A stretch of DNA of 63,588 bases, the filler included, from Chiloscyllium plagiosum (taxonomy: Eukaryota): assembly GCF_004010195.1 (NCBI RefSeq). It is 5 parts of one record of this genome, joined end to end, with 100 filler letters (N's around TTAATTAATTAA, not from the genome) between each part and the next. Parts side by side here need not be neighbours in the genome. Positions count along the whole stretch, not along the records: positions 22,999 to 45,869 come from NC_057710.1; positions 45,970 to 52,581 come from NC_057710.1; 3 more parts are not named here. One strand, given 5' to 3'. The first letter of the stretch is position 1; each line of letters opens with the position of its first letter. A model generated the notes under the pieces. It had not been told where the DNA came from, did no database searches, and worked only from the letters and a program-made list of their open reading frames with translations. Positions 38,919 to 51,395 of the stretch are shown piece by piece. A program made the position numbers and the translations under genes.

Positions 38919-39290
38919 ATTCTGGATTGGAGTGGTGCTGGAAGAGCACAGCAGTTCAGGCAGCATCCAAGGAGCAGTAAAATCGACGTTTCTAGCATCT
39001 GCAGTCCTTGTTTTTACCTCGTTGATTTTAACTCTACTGCGAATCCTCTTGCAAGGATGCCTGCCTTGAAGAAGTTTTCCTCCTCTCTCTACAAGAATCT
39101 CAGGGAGTCCCTCTCCCACTGCAACTCCCGGGTCATCTCCTCTGTTCTGCCCCACCCCCACCCTCCTCTCACTTATCTCTCCATCTCTGCCTTTATTCCT
39201 GATGAAGGGCTTTTGCCCGAAATGTTGATTTTACTGCTCCTCGGATGCTGCCTGAACTGCTGCGCTCTTCCAGCACCATTAATCCAGAAT
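38919..39290 (+). mobile_element. Internally deleted PLE with ~72-bp inverted ends and a 14-bp TSD
   Basis: 38919-38991 and 39219-39290 are inverted; cttgccattaattc at 38909-38922 and 39291-39304; hammerhead ctgatgaagggcttttgcccgaaa at 39199-39222. Confidence 0.8.
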
Positions 39291-39699
39291 CTTGCCATTA
39301 ATTCCTAGATCGCATGATGGAATTTCTTTAAAAATTAGATGGCCCCATCTACATTACGAGGCTTTTCTGAGGTCTAAAGTTTTCTTGGAAAGATTGTTCT
39401 TTCTTTCTTTCCTTGGAGAGAGGGATGATTTGTTACCTTTTCATTTACCAGATGGCAGTTTAACAATCAGACCTTCTCTATGCTTTTAATTTGTCAGGTA
39501 CAGGATGACTAGCACACATAACTAGCTGCGCTTGAGCGGGAACCGATTGAGCAGGTGTTAGCTTTTGTCTGTGCTTTTAAAATTGTGTGTAGGTGTAAAT
39601 ATCTGTCATGCACAGATTGGCATTGATGCTTTTCAAGTTTCTTAAAGGATTGTGAAGCAGGAATTAACAACAAGCAGCAAAATTAGGCCGAAATATTCC

Positions 39700-40026
39700 A
39701 GAATCATGGAATCGCTACAGTATGGAAGCAGCCAATTCAGCCCATCGAGTCCACACTGACTCTGATGAGCATCTCACCCAGACTGACCCCCCCGCCTACC
39801 TTACATTTCCCTTGCTAGCTTACCTACCCTGCACACTACGGGCAATTTAACATGGCCAATCCACCTAACCTGCACAACTTTGGACTGTGGGAGAAAACTG
39901 GAACACCCAGAAGAAAGCCATAGACACAAGGAGAATGTACAAACTCCACTCAGATAGTCAACCAAGGGTGGAATCAAACCTGGGTCCCTGGTGCTGTGAG
40001 GCAGCCGTGCTAACCATTGAGCCACC
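39700..40026 (-). mobile_element. HE1-like SINE
   Basis: Reverse complement of the tRNA head (gctaaccattgagccacc) and body. Confidence 0.85.
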
Positions 40027-40324
40027 CCAATGCTACCATGGATTGCTTGGTCTTCTGCAGTGATACTGTTAGGAAATTAGTGAAGCCCCATGAAACTGAT
40101 CGAAATCCATAGGAATTTGAAGTGTTCCACTTATCACCCGTTAGAATCCTAGTAGCACGCTGTCAAGAGAGGCAGTGTGGAATTTCAGGGCTGCAATCAG
40201 GATCCATACAAATCCTACCAGATAGTGAAGCACAACAGGCAGCACGGAGACCGGGGTGAAGCGGTGAAAGGAGCAATTCTTTTTTTGTTGAATTGTCAGC
40301 GTGGCGGCAGCAGCATCAAGTTTT

Positions 40325-40787
40325 GGAAAGGGTTCAGAGGAGATTGACTGGGATGTTGCCTGGCATGGAGGGAGTGTCTTATGAGGAAAGGTTGAGGGAC
40401 TTGAGGCTGTTTTATTAGAGAGAAGGTTGAGAGGTGACTTAATTGAGACAAAAAAGATAATCAGGGGGTTAGATAGGGTGGACAGTGAGAGCCATTTTCC
40501 TTGAATGGTGATGGCTAGCATGAGAGGACATAGCTTTAAATTGAGGGTGAGAGATGTAGGACAGATATCAGAGGTAGCGTCTTTACTCAGAGAGTAGTAG
40601 GGGTATGGAACGCACTGCCTGCAAAAATAGTAGACTCGCCAACTTTAAGGGCATGTGAATGGTCGTTGGATAAACAGATGGATGAAAATGGAATAATGTA
40701 GGATAGATAGGCTTCAGATTGGTTCCACAGTTCGGCACAACATCGGGGCCAAAGGGCCTGTACTGCGCTGTAATGTTTTATGTTCTA
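40325..40787 (+). mobile_element. CR1-clade LINE 3' end
   Basis: ggaaagggttcagaggaga...actcagagagtagtaggggtatggaacgcactgcc...tatgttctat tail. Confidence 0.85.
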
Positions 40788-41169
40788 TCAAGCATTCCAT
40801 CTTTGGAGGGGAGGAGGCAGCAGCACTCAGAGACTATCATGTCTCTAGAGGTTGAACCCCTGATGTGGACAGGTTGAAAGCTACAGTAGGGAGGTACGAG
40901 GTTGTGGATTGGCATTCAGCAGTCCGAAGGCTGGGTTGGATGGGGGAGATGGGGTGAGTGTCTCGGCAAGTGTGAGGGAGAAAATTTATCAAACAAAAGG
41001 CCTAGGGCACTTCCAGGTGCACCTGGGGGATGGGTGGGGGTGGGTGGGTGGTTGGAAAGTTAGAAACCCTGATCTGAAATGGGTACTCCTTGCCAACAGC
41101 GCTACCTCACCCCAATCAAACGTACAATACTCTTTACCCCCAGAGTTGGTTACGCTGGATGACAATTGT

Positions 41170-41904
41170 ATAATGGTAAGGTCTGAGGGAGTGTTGCTGA
41201 ACAAAGAGACCTTGGAGTGCAGGTTCATAGCTCCTTGAAAGTGGAGTTGCAGGTAGATAGGATAGTGAAGAAGGTATTTGGTATTCTCTCCTTTATTGGT
41301 CAGAGTATTGAGTACAGGAGTTGGGAGGTCATGTTGCGCTGTACAGGATATTGGTTAGGCTACTGTTGGAACATTGTGTGCAATTCTGGTCTCCTTCCTA
41401 TTGGAAGGATGTTGTGAAACTTGAAAGGGTTCAGAAAAGATTTACAAGGATGTTACCAGGGTTGGAGGATTTGAGCTATAGGGAGAGATTGAATAGACTA
41501 GGGCTGTTTTCTCTGGAGCGTTGGAAGCTGAGAGGTGACCACATAGAGTTTATAAAATCATGAAGGGCATGAATAGGATAAATAGACAAAGTCTTTTCCC
41601 TGGGGTCAGGGAGTCCAGAACTAGGGGGCATAGGTTTAGTGTGAGAGTGGTAAGATATAAAAGAGACCTAAAGGGCAACTTTTTCACGCAGAGGGTGGTA
41701 CGTGTATGGAATGAGCTGCCAGAGGATGTGGTGGAGACTGGTACAATTGCAACATTTAAGAGGCATTTGGATGGGTATATGAATAGGAAGGGTTTGGAGG
41801 GATATGGACCAGGTGCTGGCAGGTGGGACTAGATTGGGTTAGGATATCTGGTCGGCATGGACCGAAGGGTCTGTTTCCGTGCTGTACATCTCTATGACTC
41901 TATG
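41170..41904 (+). mobile_element. HER1/CR1-like LINE RT C-terminus and 3' tail
   Basis: ORFs 41217..41832 are CR1 ORF2 C-terminus; ctatgactctatg tail. Confidence 0.92.
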
Positions 41905-42724
41905 TGGTAGGAATGTTCACCTTAGAAGGTAATTCATTTTAAGAAAGCATTCACAACAGCTCTTTGACAGCAATGTTGGTGTGCAAATCAGTCTTTGTCA
42001 TAGTGGAGTTATGCTACCTGTGTTTCTTGACGTCTGCTCTACTTTAGTCATTTCTCTTCAAAGTAATCAATTCATGTGCTTTGAAATATTTCTGAGATGT
42101 GTGTTAAGGTCTTATAAAATTCGAAGTCTTTACTTTCCTCTTGCACTCTGCAATTTGAACCCATACCTAATTATCCAAATATGATAATCATGTACTAATA
42201 AAGTTTTTTCTCAATGAACTAGTGTTTACAACTCCTGTCTCAAACAAAGGAACAATGACATTTCAAGTCTTCACTGCCACTGGCCATTTACTTGCCTGGT
42301 TTGTGTTGGAAATAAATGCTCTTGAATGTGAATGTGCCTCTGAGGGAAGCAGCATCGAACTGAAGTAACGCAAACTTGAACTGCTTGTTATTTTGTACAG
42401 TTCAGTGAACAAATTGAAAGAGACAGCAGCAGCAGTTTTCCTGGAAGTGATTTCCTCCATCCTGATATCCCACCTGCAGGGTCCAATTTGCAATGAAACT
42501 TGACTTGATGCAGGCACCTTTTATACAGATGATGCTTGTGTCTTAACACACGTAAATAAAATTGTTTACTCCCTGCAAGTCAAAGTAGTCGACTAAGGTA
42601 ATCTGCCATCTTAAAATGAGGCTTATATTCAAAATCTCAGGACCTGATACCATCAATTATGGAATGTATGTGAAAGAGAGTGTGAAAGGAAGAGAAACAG
42701 ATCGAAGAAAGGAAATGAAAGACT

Positions 42725-42985
42725 GTGCATTTAGATAGCACTGTTTATTTCCTCAGGACGCCCTATAGCATATCACAAACAATGAAACATGTTTGAATTC
42801 AAGCTATTGTTAATATAGAAAACACAGCAGGCAATTTTCAGACAGCAACCTCCCACAATGTGATAATGACCAATGAATAATTATCAGTCCGAGTTCTGTC
42901 TGGTTGAGGAATAAATATTGGCCAAGAGAACTCTCCTGCTGTTCTTCAAATAATGCGCTGTGCCCAGCTGAGAGAACAGGCAGTG
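42725..42985 (-). mobile_element. Deu-domain-like ancient SINE relic
   Basis: gaggaataaatattggccaagagaactctcctgctgttcttcaaataatgc resembles the reverse-complemented Deu core of AmnSINE1/SacSINE1 as recalled; opposite-orientation relic at ~13000-13070. Confidence 0.5.
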
Positions 42986-43099
42986 TAATGATTCGTGTCA
43001 TAAACCACTGCTTCACACAGAGGGTCATGGAAATCAAAGAATGTTTCCAATGATGGAGGAGTCAAGAATCAGAGGCCACAGTCTGATGATACAGGCTAA

Positions 43100-43775
43100 G
43101 TCTTTGAGGACTGAGAGGTGAGTCCTATGAGAGATGAGTCCGTGCTAATCCTTGGGAATGAAGCTGTTCAACTGGCTAAAGTGCCAGTAGGTGAGGATTT
43201 TGGGGATAGAGACCATAACTCTGTAAGTTTCAAAATCATTATGGAAAGGCATAAAGATAATGTAGAAGTTATGTGTATAAAGGAGAAGGCCGAATTCAAT
43301 ATCATAAGACATGGTTTGGCAAACATAGACCGGGAGTCGCTACTTGCAGGTAAATCGATGTGAATCTTTTAAAAATAGTATAGTCAGGGTTCAAGGCCAG
43401 TGTGTTCCTCTAACAATGAAGGGCAAGGGTGGCACTTTCAAGGAACCCTGGATTTCAAGGGATATCAAGAGTTTGAAAATGAAGGAAACGTACGTCAAGC
43501 ACAGTGCGTTAGAAATAGAGGAGGTCCTTCATAAGTATAAAGAGTGTAAGAGGTTAAAAAGAAAAGAAGGGCAAAAAAGGGCCATGAAATATCTTTGACA
43601 GATGGGATCAAGGAAAACCCCAAAGCTTTTAATAAGCATACTTAAGAGTAAGAGACCTATTAGACACAAAAGGGACAACCTGTGCACGGAGACAATGGAT
43701 GGAGGTGAAGTTTTAAATGAATATTTGTCACCTGTATTAACAGAGGAGAAAAACATTGTAGCAGGGGATTTCAAA
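43100..43775 (+). mobile_element. Diverged CR1-clade LINE fragment (endonuclease end and linker)
   Basis: LILGNE...GEDFGDRDHNSVSFKI; EPWISRDIK; EVLNEYLSPVLTEE. Confidence 0.8.
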
Positions 43776-44993
43776 GAGCAAAGAACAATACAGCACAGAA
43801 ACAGGCCTTTCAGCCCTCCAAGCCTGCGCCGACATTTTGCCCTTCCATATTAAAACACTTCTTCACTAACAGAATTTATATCCCTCAATTCCCTTCCTAT
43901 TCATGTATTTGTTCAGGTACTTCTTGATGCTGCTATTGTGTCTGCTTCCACCACCTCCTCTGGCAGTGCGTTCCAAACACTCGCCACCCTTTGTATGGAA
44001 AACATGCCTCACACATTTCTTTTAAACGCCCGCCCTGCAGCTTGAACCTTGTCCCCTAGTAATTGAGCCTTCCAGCCTGGGAAAAGGCCTCATACTTTCC
44101 ACTTTATCTATGCCATTCACAATCTTATAAACTTCTATCAGGTTAGCCCTCAATCCCCTGCGTTCCAGTGAAAACAAATCCAGTCTATCAAACCTTCCTT
44201 CATAGCTAAAATCCTCCATACGAGGAAACATCCTGGCAAGCCCTTTCTGTGCTCTGTCCAAAGCATCCACATTCTTCTGGTAATGTGGTGACCATAACTG
44301 GACACAACATTTCAAGTGCGGCCTAACTAAAATTATATAAAGCTGCAGCATAACTTGTCTATCCTTATGCTCAATGCCCCTTTCAATGAAGGCAAGCATG
44401 CCAAAGCCTTTTTTACTACCATATCTACCTGTCTTGCCATCTTCAGGGATCTGTGGACCTGCACACCCAGATCCCGCTGCATATGAATAATCCTAAGGGT
44501 TCTGCCATTCAGTGTAAAATTTCTGCCTCTACCTGACCTTCCAAAATGCATCACCTCACATTTGTCTGAATTAAACTCCATCTGCCATATTTCCGCCCAT
44601 GCCTCCAACTGATCTATATCCTGCTGTATCCTCCTCACTGGCTACAACTCCACCAAACTTTGTATCGTCTGAAAACTTGCTAATTAGACCATCCACGTTT
44701 TCGCCCAAATCATTTATGTAGATCACAAACAGCAAGGCCCCAACACTGATCCCTGTGGAACACCACTAGTCACAACTCTTTGTTGCAAAAAACATTCTTC
44801 CACTTCTGTCTCCTATGACTAAGCCAATTCTGCATCCATCTTGAAAGCTCATCCCGATACCATGCGATTTCACCTTTTGTACCAGTCTGCTGAGAAGTTC
44901 CTTGTCAAAGGCTTTACTGAAGTCCATGTAAACAACATCAACTGCTTTTCGCTCATCAATCATCTTCATCACCTCCTCAAAAAATTCGATCAA
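43776..44993 (-). mobile_element. CR1-clade LINE, RT to 3' end
   Basis: VDVVYMDFSKAFD, WQMEFNSDKCEVMHFG and LVRPHL..CVQLWSP on the minus strand. Confidence 0.9.
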
Positions 44994-44994
44994 G

Positions 44995-45869
44995 TATCAG
45001 GAATAAAAGTGATGAACTTAGAGCATGGATCAGTACCTGGTGCTATGATGTTTTGGCCTTAGCAGAGACATGGGGCAGGAATGGTTGCTGGATGTTCCAA
45101 GGTTTAGAGTATTTAAAAAGAATAGGGAGGGGTGAAAAAGAGGAGGGGGTGTAGCACTACTAATCAGAGAGGGTAGCACAGCTACAGAAGCTTCCATTGT
45201 CGAGGAGGGTCTGCCTACTGAGTCAGTATGGGTGGAAAGGGAGCAAGGGAGCAGTCACCTCGTTAGGGGTTTACTACAGGCCCCCCCCAGTAGCAGCAGG
45301 GAGATGGAAGAAAGCATAGGTCGGCAGATTTTGGAAAAGTGTGAATGTAGTAGGGTTGTTGTAATGGGTGACTTTAACTTTCCCAATATTGATTGGAACC
45401 TCTTTCGAGCAGAAGATTTGAATGGAGCTGTTTTTATAAGGTTTGTTCAGGAGGGTTTCCTAACTCAGTACATTGACAGGCTGACGAGGGGAGAGGCCAT
45501 TCTAGACTTGGTGCTCGGAAACGAGCTGAGGCAGGTGTCAGATCTTGTGGTGGGAGAGTATTTTGGTGATAGTGATCACAACTGCCTCACATTCTACATA
45601 GCTATGGAGAAGGAGAGGATTAGGCAAAATGGGAGGATATTTAATTGGGGAAGAGGAAACTATGATGCAATTAGACATGAGTTAGGAAGCATGGATTGGG
45701 AGCAATTGTTCCATGGTAAAGGCACTATAGACATGTGGAGACTGTTTAAGGAACAGTTGTTGCAAGTGATGAATAAATATGTCCCTCTGAGACAGGCAAG
45801 AAGGGGTAAGATAAAGGAACCTTGGATGACGAGAGCGGTAGAGCTTCTCGTCAAAAGGAAAAAGGTAGC
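44995..45869 (+). mobile_element. CR1-clade LINE ORF2 endonuclease region, ending at a gap
   Basis: IRNKSDELRAW...AETW; VVMGDFNFPNIDW; AILDLVLGN; GDSDHN. Confidence 0.9.
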
Positions 45870-45969
45870 NNNNNNNNNNNNNNNNNNNNNNNNNNNNNNN
45901 NNNNNNNNNNNNNTTAATTAATTAANNNNNNNNNNNNNNNNNNNNNNNNNNNNNNNNNNNNNNNNNNNN

Positions 45970-46187
45970 TATCACCCTCACCTTGACCTCTTTCCACCTA
46001 TCACATTTCCGACCTCCCTCCCCTAAGTCCCTCCTCCCTACCTTTTATCTTAGCCTGCTGGACAAACTTTCCTCATTCCCGAAACGTCGATTCTCCTGTT
46101 CCCTGGATGCTGCCTGACCTGCTGCGCTTTTCCAGCAACACATTTTCAGCTCTGATCTCCAGCATCTGCAGTCCTCACTTTCTCCTC
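45970..46187 (+). mobile_element. PLE 3' terminal repeat (family 1) with the hammerhead core deleted
   Basis: Near-identical to 52682-52845 and similar to 57835-58020, but reads cctcattcc|cgaaacgtcg. Confidence 0.8.
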
Positions 46188-46395
46188 CTTGGCAATCTAG
46201 TTAACTCCTTTAATGAACCAGCTCAAGAGAATATTTGGAAAAAGTTGACTAAAGAGCCTCAGCAACAGCAGCACTGTCTTTTATACAATATATCTTTATG
46301 ATAGAAATAAGCCAAGAGGAACATTGTCAGATAGAATTTGACGCCATCACACAGAGTAATTAGAACATGTGACCAAAAGTGCGATCGATGAGGTA

Positions 46396-48585
46396 CATAG
46401 AACATTACAGTGCAGTACATGCTCTTCAACCCTCAATGTTGCATCAACCTCTGGAACCAATCTGAAGCCCATCTAACCTACACTATTCCATTATCATCCA
46501 TATATTTACCCAATGATCATTTAAATGCCCATAAAGTAGACGAGTCTACTATTGTTGCAGGTAGGGCATTCCACACCCTGCTACTCTCTGAGTAAAGAAC
46601 CTACCTCTGGCATTTGTCCTATATCTATCACCCCTCAGTTTAAAGCTATGTCCCCTCGTGCTAGCCGACACCATCTAAGGAAAAAGGCTCTCACTGCTCA
46701 CCCTATCTAACCCTCTGATTATCTTGTATGTCTCTATTAAGTCACCGCTTAACCTTCTTCTCTCTAATGAAAACTGCCTCAAGTCCCTCAACCTTTCATC
46801 ATAAGATCTTCCCTCCATACCAGGCAACATCCTGGTAAATTTCCCCTGCACCCTTTCCAGTGCTTCTACTTCCTTCCAATAATGCAGTGATCAGAACTGT
46901 ACACAATACTCTAAGTGCAGCCACACTAGAGTTTTGTACAGCTGCAACATGACCTCTTGGCTCCAAAACCCAATCCCTACACCAATAAAAGCTAACACGC
47001 TGTACGGCTTCTGAACAACCCTATCAACCTGGGTGGCAACTTTCAGGGATCTATGCACATGGACACAGATCTCTCTGCTCATCAACACTACCAAGAATCT
47101 TACCACCAGCCCAGAACTCTGTATTCATGTTACTTCTTCCAAAGTGAATCACCTCACACTTTTACACATTAAACTCCATTTGGTACCTCTCAGCCCAGCT
47201 CTGCAGCTTATCTATGTACCACTGTAACTTGCAACATCCTTTTGCACTGTCCACAACTCCATTGACTTTAGTGCCATCTGCCAATTTACTAACCCATCCT
47301 AGGACCTCATCCAGGTGATTTATAAAAATAACAAACAGCATTGGCCCCAAAACAGATCCTTACAGTACACTACCAGTAACTGAACTCCAGGATGAACATT
47401 TTCCATCAACCACCACCCTCTGCGTTCTTTCAGCTAACCAATTTCTGATCCAAACTGCTAAATCACCGTCCATTTAATGCCTCAGTATTTTCTGCAATAG
47501 CCTACCCTGGGGAAACTTATCAAATGCTTTACCGAAATTTGTATACATCACATCAACTGCTTTACCCTTATCTACCTGTTTGGACACCTTTTCAATGAAC
47601 TCAATAAGATTTATAAGGCACAATCTACCTTTCACAAAAACATGTTGACTATCCATAATCAAATTATTCCTTTCTAGATGATGATAAATCCTATTTCTTA
47701 TTATCCTTTCCACCACTTTACCCACAACTGAAGTAAGGCTCACTGGTTTATGATTACCAGGATGGTCTCTACTCCCCTTCTTGAACAAGTTAACAACATT
47801 TGCTATCCTCCAGTCTTCTGGCACTATTCCTGTAGACAATGACAACATAAAGATCAAAACCAAAGGCTTTGCAATCTCCTTCCTGACTTCCCAAAGAATC
47901 CTAAGAGAAATCCCAACCAGCCCAGGGGACTTATCTATTTTCACACTTTCCAGAATTGCTAACATGTTCTCCTTATGAACCTCAATCCCACCAAGTCTAA
48001 TAGCCTGTATCTCAGTATTGTCCTTGACAGCATTTTCTTTTTCCTGTGTGAATACAGATGAAAAACATTCATTTAATGCCCCGCATATCTCTTCAGACTC
48101 CATGCACAACTTTCCACTACTGTCCATGATTGGCCCTAATCTTACTCTAGTCATTCTTTTATTCCTGACGTAGCTATAGAAAACCTTAGGGTTTTCCTTG
48201 ATCCTACCTGCCAAAGACTTTTTATGCCCCCTCCTGGCTCTTCTTAGCTCTCTCTTTAGGTCTTTCCTGGCTAACTTGTAACACTCAAGTGCCCTAACTG
48301 AGCCTTCACTGCTCATCTTTACATAAGCCTTTATTTTCCTCGAAACAAGAGATTCAACTTCTTTAGTAAACCACAGCTCTCTCGCTCAACCATTTCCTCC
48401 CTGTCTGACAGGTACCTGCTTATCAAGTACCGGGAGTAGTTGTTTCTTGAACAAGCTCCACATTTCAATTCTGCCCATCCTCTGCAGTTTCCTTCTCCAT
48501 TCTATGCATCCTTAATTTTGCCTAATCGCATCATAATTACCTTTCCCCCAGCTATAACTCTTGCCCTGTGGTATGTACCTATCCC
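46396..48585 (-). mobile_element. CR1-clade LINE, ~2.2 kb (linker, RT, 3' end)
   Basis: ORF 47474..48316 with KSPG..GI..RIL, PEDWRIANV, PVSLTSVVGK, QHVFVKGR and FGKAFD; then KLADGTK and YCVQF. Confidence 0.92.
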
Positions 48586-49454
48586 ATGGATTTTAAGGTG
48601 CATCTTAAAAGAGGAAGGTAGAGTATAGACAGGTGGAGAAAGGGAATTCCAGAGCTTTCTACATTACAGAAAAGAAAAAGCACTTGGATTATTTCCCTCT
48701 CAACTCTGAAACTAGTTTAGGATTTGATACGGACCCATGGGGTGTCTTTTCCACAAGCAAGTTATTTTAAGGCTTGAATATTTAAAACAACTGCTTGATT
48801 GCAAGTGCCTCACTATAATCAGTTCAACACAGTCACCTGTTGATTTTGCATGGAAACAGGGAGGGAGTGATTATTTGGCCAACTCCAACAGTGTTGATAG
48901 TCATGAACTGGCAGTTAGTTGCAGGCACAAAGTACCTACTTATTAAGAGAGCAACAGCTCATTGGATTATCTCACATAGTTGCAGCTTTGTGAAGTGTTC
49001 ATGAGAGCAATCATTTTCTGCTTGTATCCCTGCTGGTTGGTACTGCTCTTAATTCAATTAGAAAATCCAAGCTCACACTGATATACTTAGGTTCATGTCT
49101 CAGTGACATTGATGATTGGAGCTGCTGAGAAAATCAGAATGCTTTCTGTTTGCTTGCATTGCGTAAATCTCAGATCTTGCCTTAGATTGATATAGTCTAT
49201 CCTGGAGTGTGGCAAAAACCTGCTGACGAAACCTGATGCCAAGAAAATTTGGTATATAGGAACATAAATTATTGAAGACAATTTGGTTAATAAAATGCAC
49301 AATGTCCTGGATTTAAGAGGCAGGGGCGTAGATAGGTTATGTTAAACTTACTTAAAACACTGGCTCAACCTTAACTGGACTGTTAGGTCCAGTTCTGGGT
49401 GTTGCATTTTAGAAAGGGTGGGAAGATATTAGAGAGGAAGACATTAAGGGCTGC

Positions 49455-50650
49455 AGAGGCAGGAAGTCAGGGTCAATAGATGTGAAGCTGGAAGAGCACA
49501 GCGGGTCAGACAGCATCAGAGGAGCAGGGAAGTCAATGTTTCGGGTCGAAACCCTTCATCAGGACTGGGGAGGGGGAGAGGAGCCCAGATGTAAGTAGAG
49601 GGTGGGTGGGGTGGGGCTGGAGGGAAGGGTAGGTGGGATGCTGATAGGTGGATGCAGGTCGGGGGTTGTGATTGGTCAATGGGAAAGTTGGAACTGATAG
49701 ATGAGTAGGAAGATGGACAGGTCAGGGCAGGTCAGAGAGGCAAAGAGGAAGGGGGAGGCTAGATATGGAATAACCCTAGGGGGCAGGAGGGACTTTGAAG
49801 CTGGTGAAGTTGATATTGAGATCACTGTAAGCTCCCCAGGCAGAATATCAGGTGTTGTTTCTCCAGTTTCTGTTTGGCCTCAACCCAACACCCCATCTGG
49901 TGTGTCCGTCGCTTTCAATGTGGTTTCCTCTACATTGGGGAGACAGAAGGCCAATTCGCTGAACGTTTCAGGGAACATCTCTCGGATACATGCACCAAAC
50001 AACTCCACCATCCTGTGGCTGGCCATTTCAACTCCCCCTTCATCAAGGATATGCAAGTCCTGGGCCTCCTCCACTCCCAAATCCAAGCCAGCACACACTG
50101 GAAGAAGAACACTTCATCTTCCACCTTGGGACCTTTCAGCCATTCGGCATCAATGTCAACTTCACTAGTTTCCAAATCTTCCCTTGCCCCAACTCATCCT
50201 AGATCCAACTGTCTAACTTGGCACCACCCTCATGGCCTGTCCTACCTGTCCATCTTCCTTCCCACCTATCTGCTCCACCCTCCCCACCGACCTATCACAA
50301 TTACCCCCCTCCCCACCTGCATCCACCAAACCCCAATGAGCTACCCTCTTACCCTCCAGGGGAGTGGGAGGGGAAATTAAGTGGATGGCAACGTGAAGGT
50401 GGGGTTGGTTGATGCATGCAGAGAGCAGGTGCTCCGTGAACAGACCCCCGAGCCTACGTTTAGTGTCCCCAGTATAGAGTATAGAGGAGACCACATCAGG
50501 AGCAACGGATACAATAGATCAGGTTGGATGACGTGCAGATAAATTTCTGTCAGATTTGGAAGAATTGTTTGGGGCTTTGAACAGAGGTGAGTGGGGAGGT
50601 GCGGGGGCAGGTGTTGCACCTCTTATGGTTTCAGGGAAAGGTGCATGTAG
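49455..50650. mobile_element. Rearranged PLE cluster: minus-strand terminal repeat, plus-strand GIY-YIG, minus-strand GIY-YIG
   Basis: CGFLYIGET..FAERFREH on + (~49910-49980); LYTGDTKRRLGGLFTEH on - (~50430-50480); hammerhead ctgatgaagggtttcgacccgaaa on - (49562-49539). Confidence 0.8.
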
Positions 50651-51395
50651 GGAATGGGCTGCTGGAGGAAATAGTGGAGGCTGTTACAATTATAACATTT
50701 AAAAGGGAACTGGATAGGAAATGAATAGGAAGGGTTTAGAGGGAAATGGGCCAGATGCTGGCAAATGGGTCTATATTAATTTGGGATATCTGGAGAAGGG
50801 CAGAGAATTTTTTGGGGAGTGTAGAGTTGACGAGGGAGTTATGGAGTGAATGGTCCCTGCAGAAAGCGGACAGGGTTTGGGGAAGGAAGTATCTTTCTGG
50901 TAGTGGTGTCTGCTTTGTTCAAAAAATGATCATGAGAATAGTTTCAGACTCTCTGTAGTTTCTTAAGTTCCTGAGCAGAACAGTTGTCATACCAAGCTCT
51001 GATGCATACGGATAGGATGCTTTCTGTGGTGCATCTATACAAATTGGTAAGATTCTTTATGGATGTGACAAATTTCCTTAATCTCCCGAGGAAGTCGAGG
51101 CATCATTGTGTTTTCTTGACCATTGCATCAATATGGTTGGACCAGGATCGGTTTTTGGTTTTTATCACTCCTGGGAATTTAGGTTGTAAAAACGGGGGTC
51201 ATTGTTTTATGTACAAAAGTGTTTGGGTTTTGATAGGGGCATTTACACAATCATGACAGGTTTAGATAAAGTTGGTAAAGAGAAACATTTCTCATTAGCT
51301 AATGTTACAAGGATTAGAAGACATAGTTTTAGAAGTTTGGGCAAGAGAGATTGGAGGAACATGACAAAGAACTTTTTAAACAGTGACAGTCCATG

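Noticed and set aside
42297..42474. Possible minus-strand exon (cag|g ... cag|gcaagt)
   Set aside because: Weak polypyrimidine tract, non-canonical GC donor and no recognisable protein
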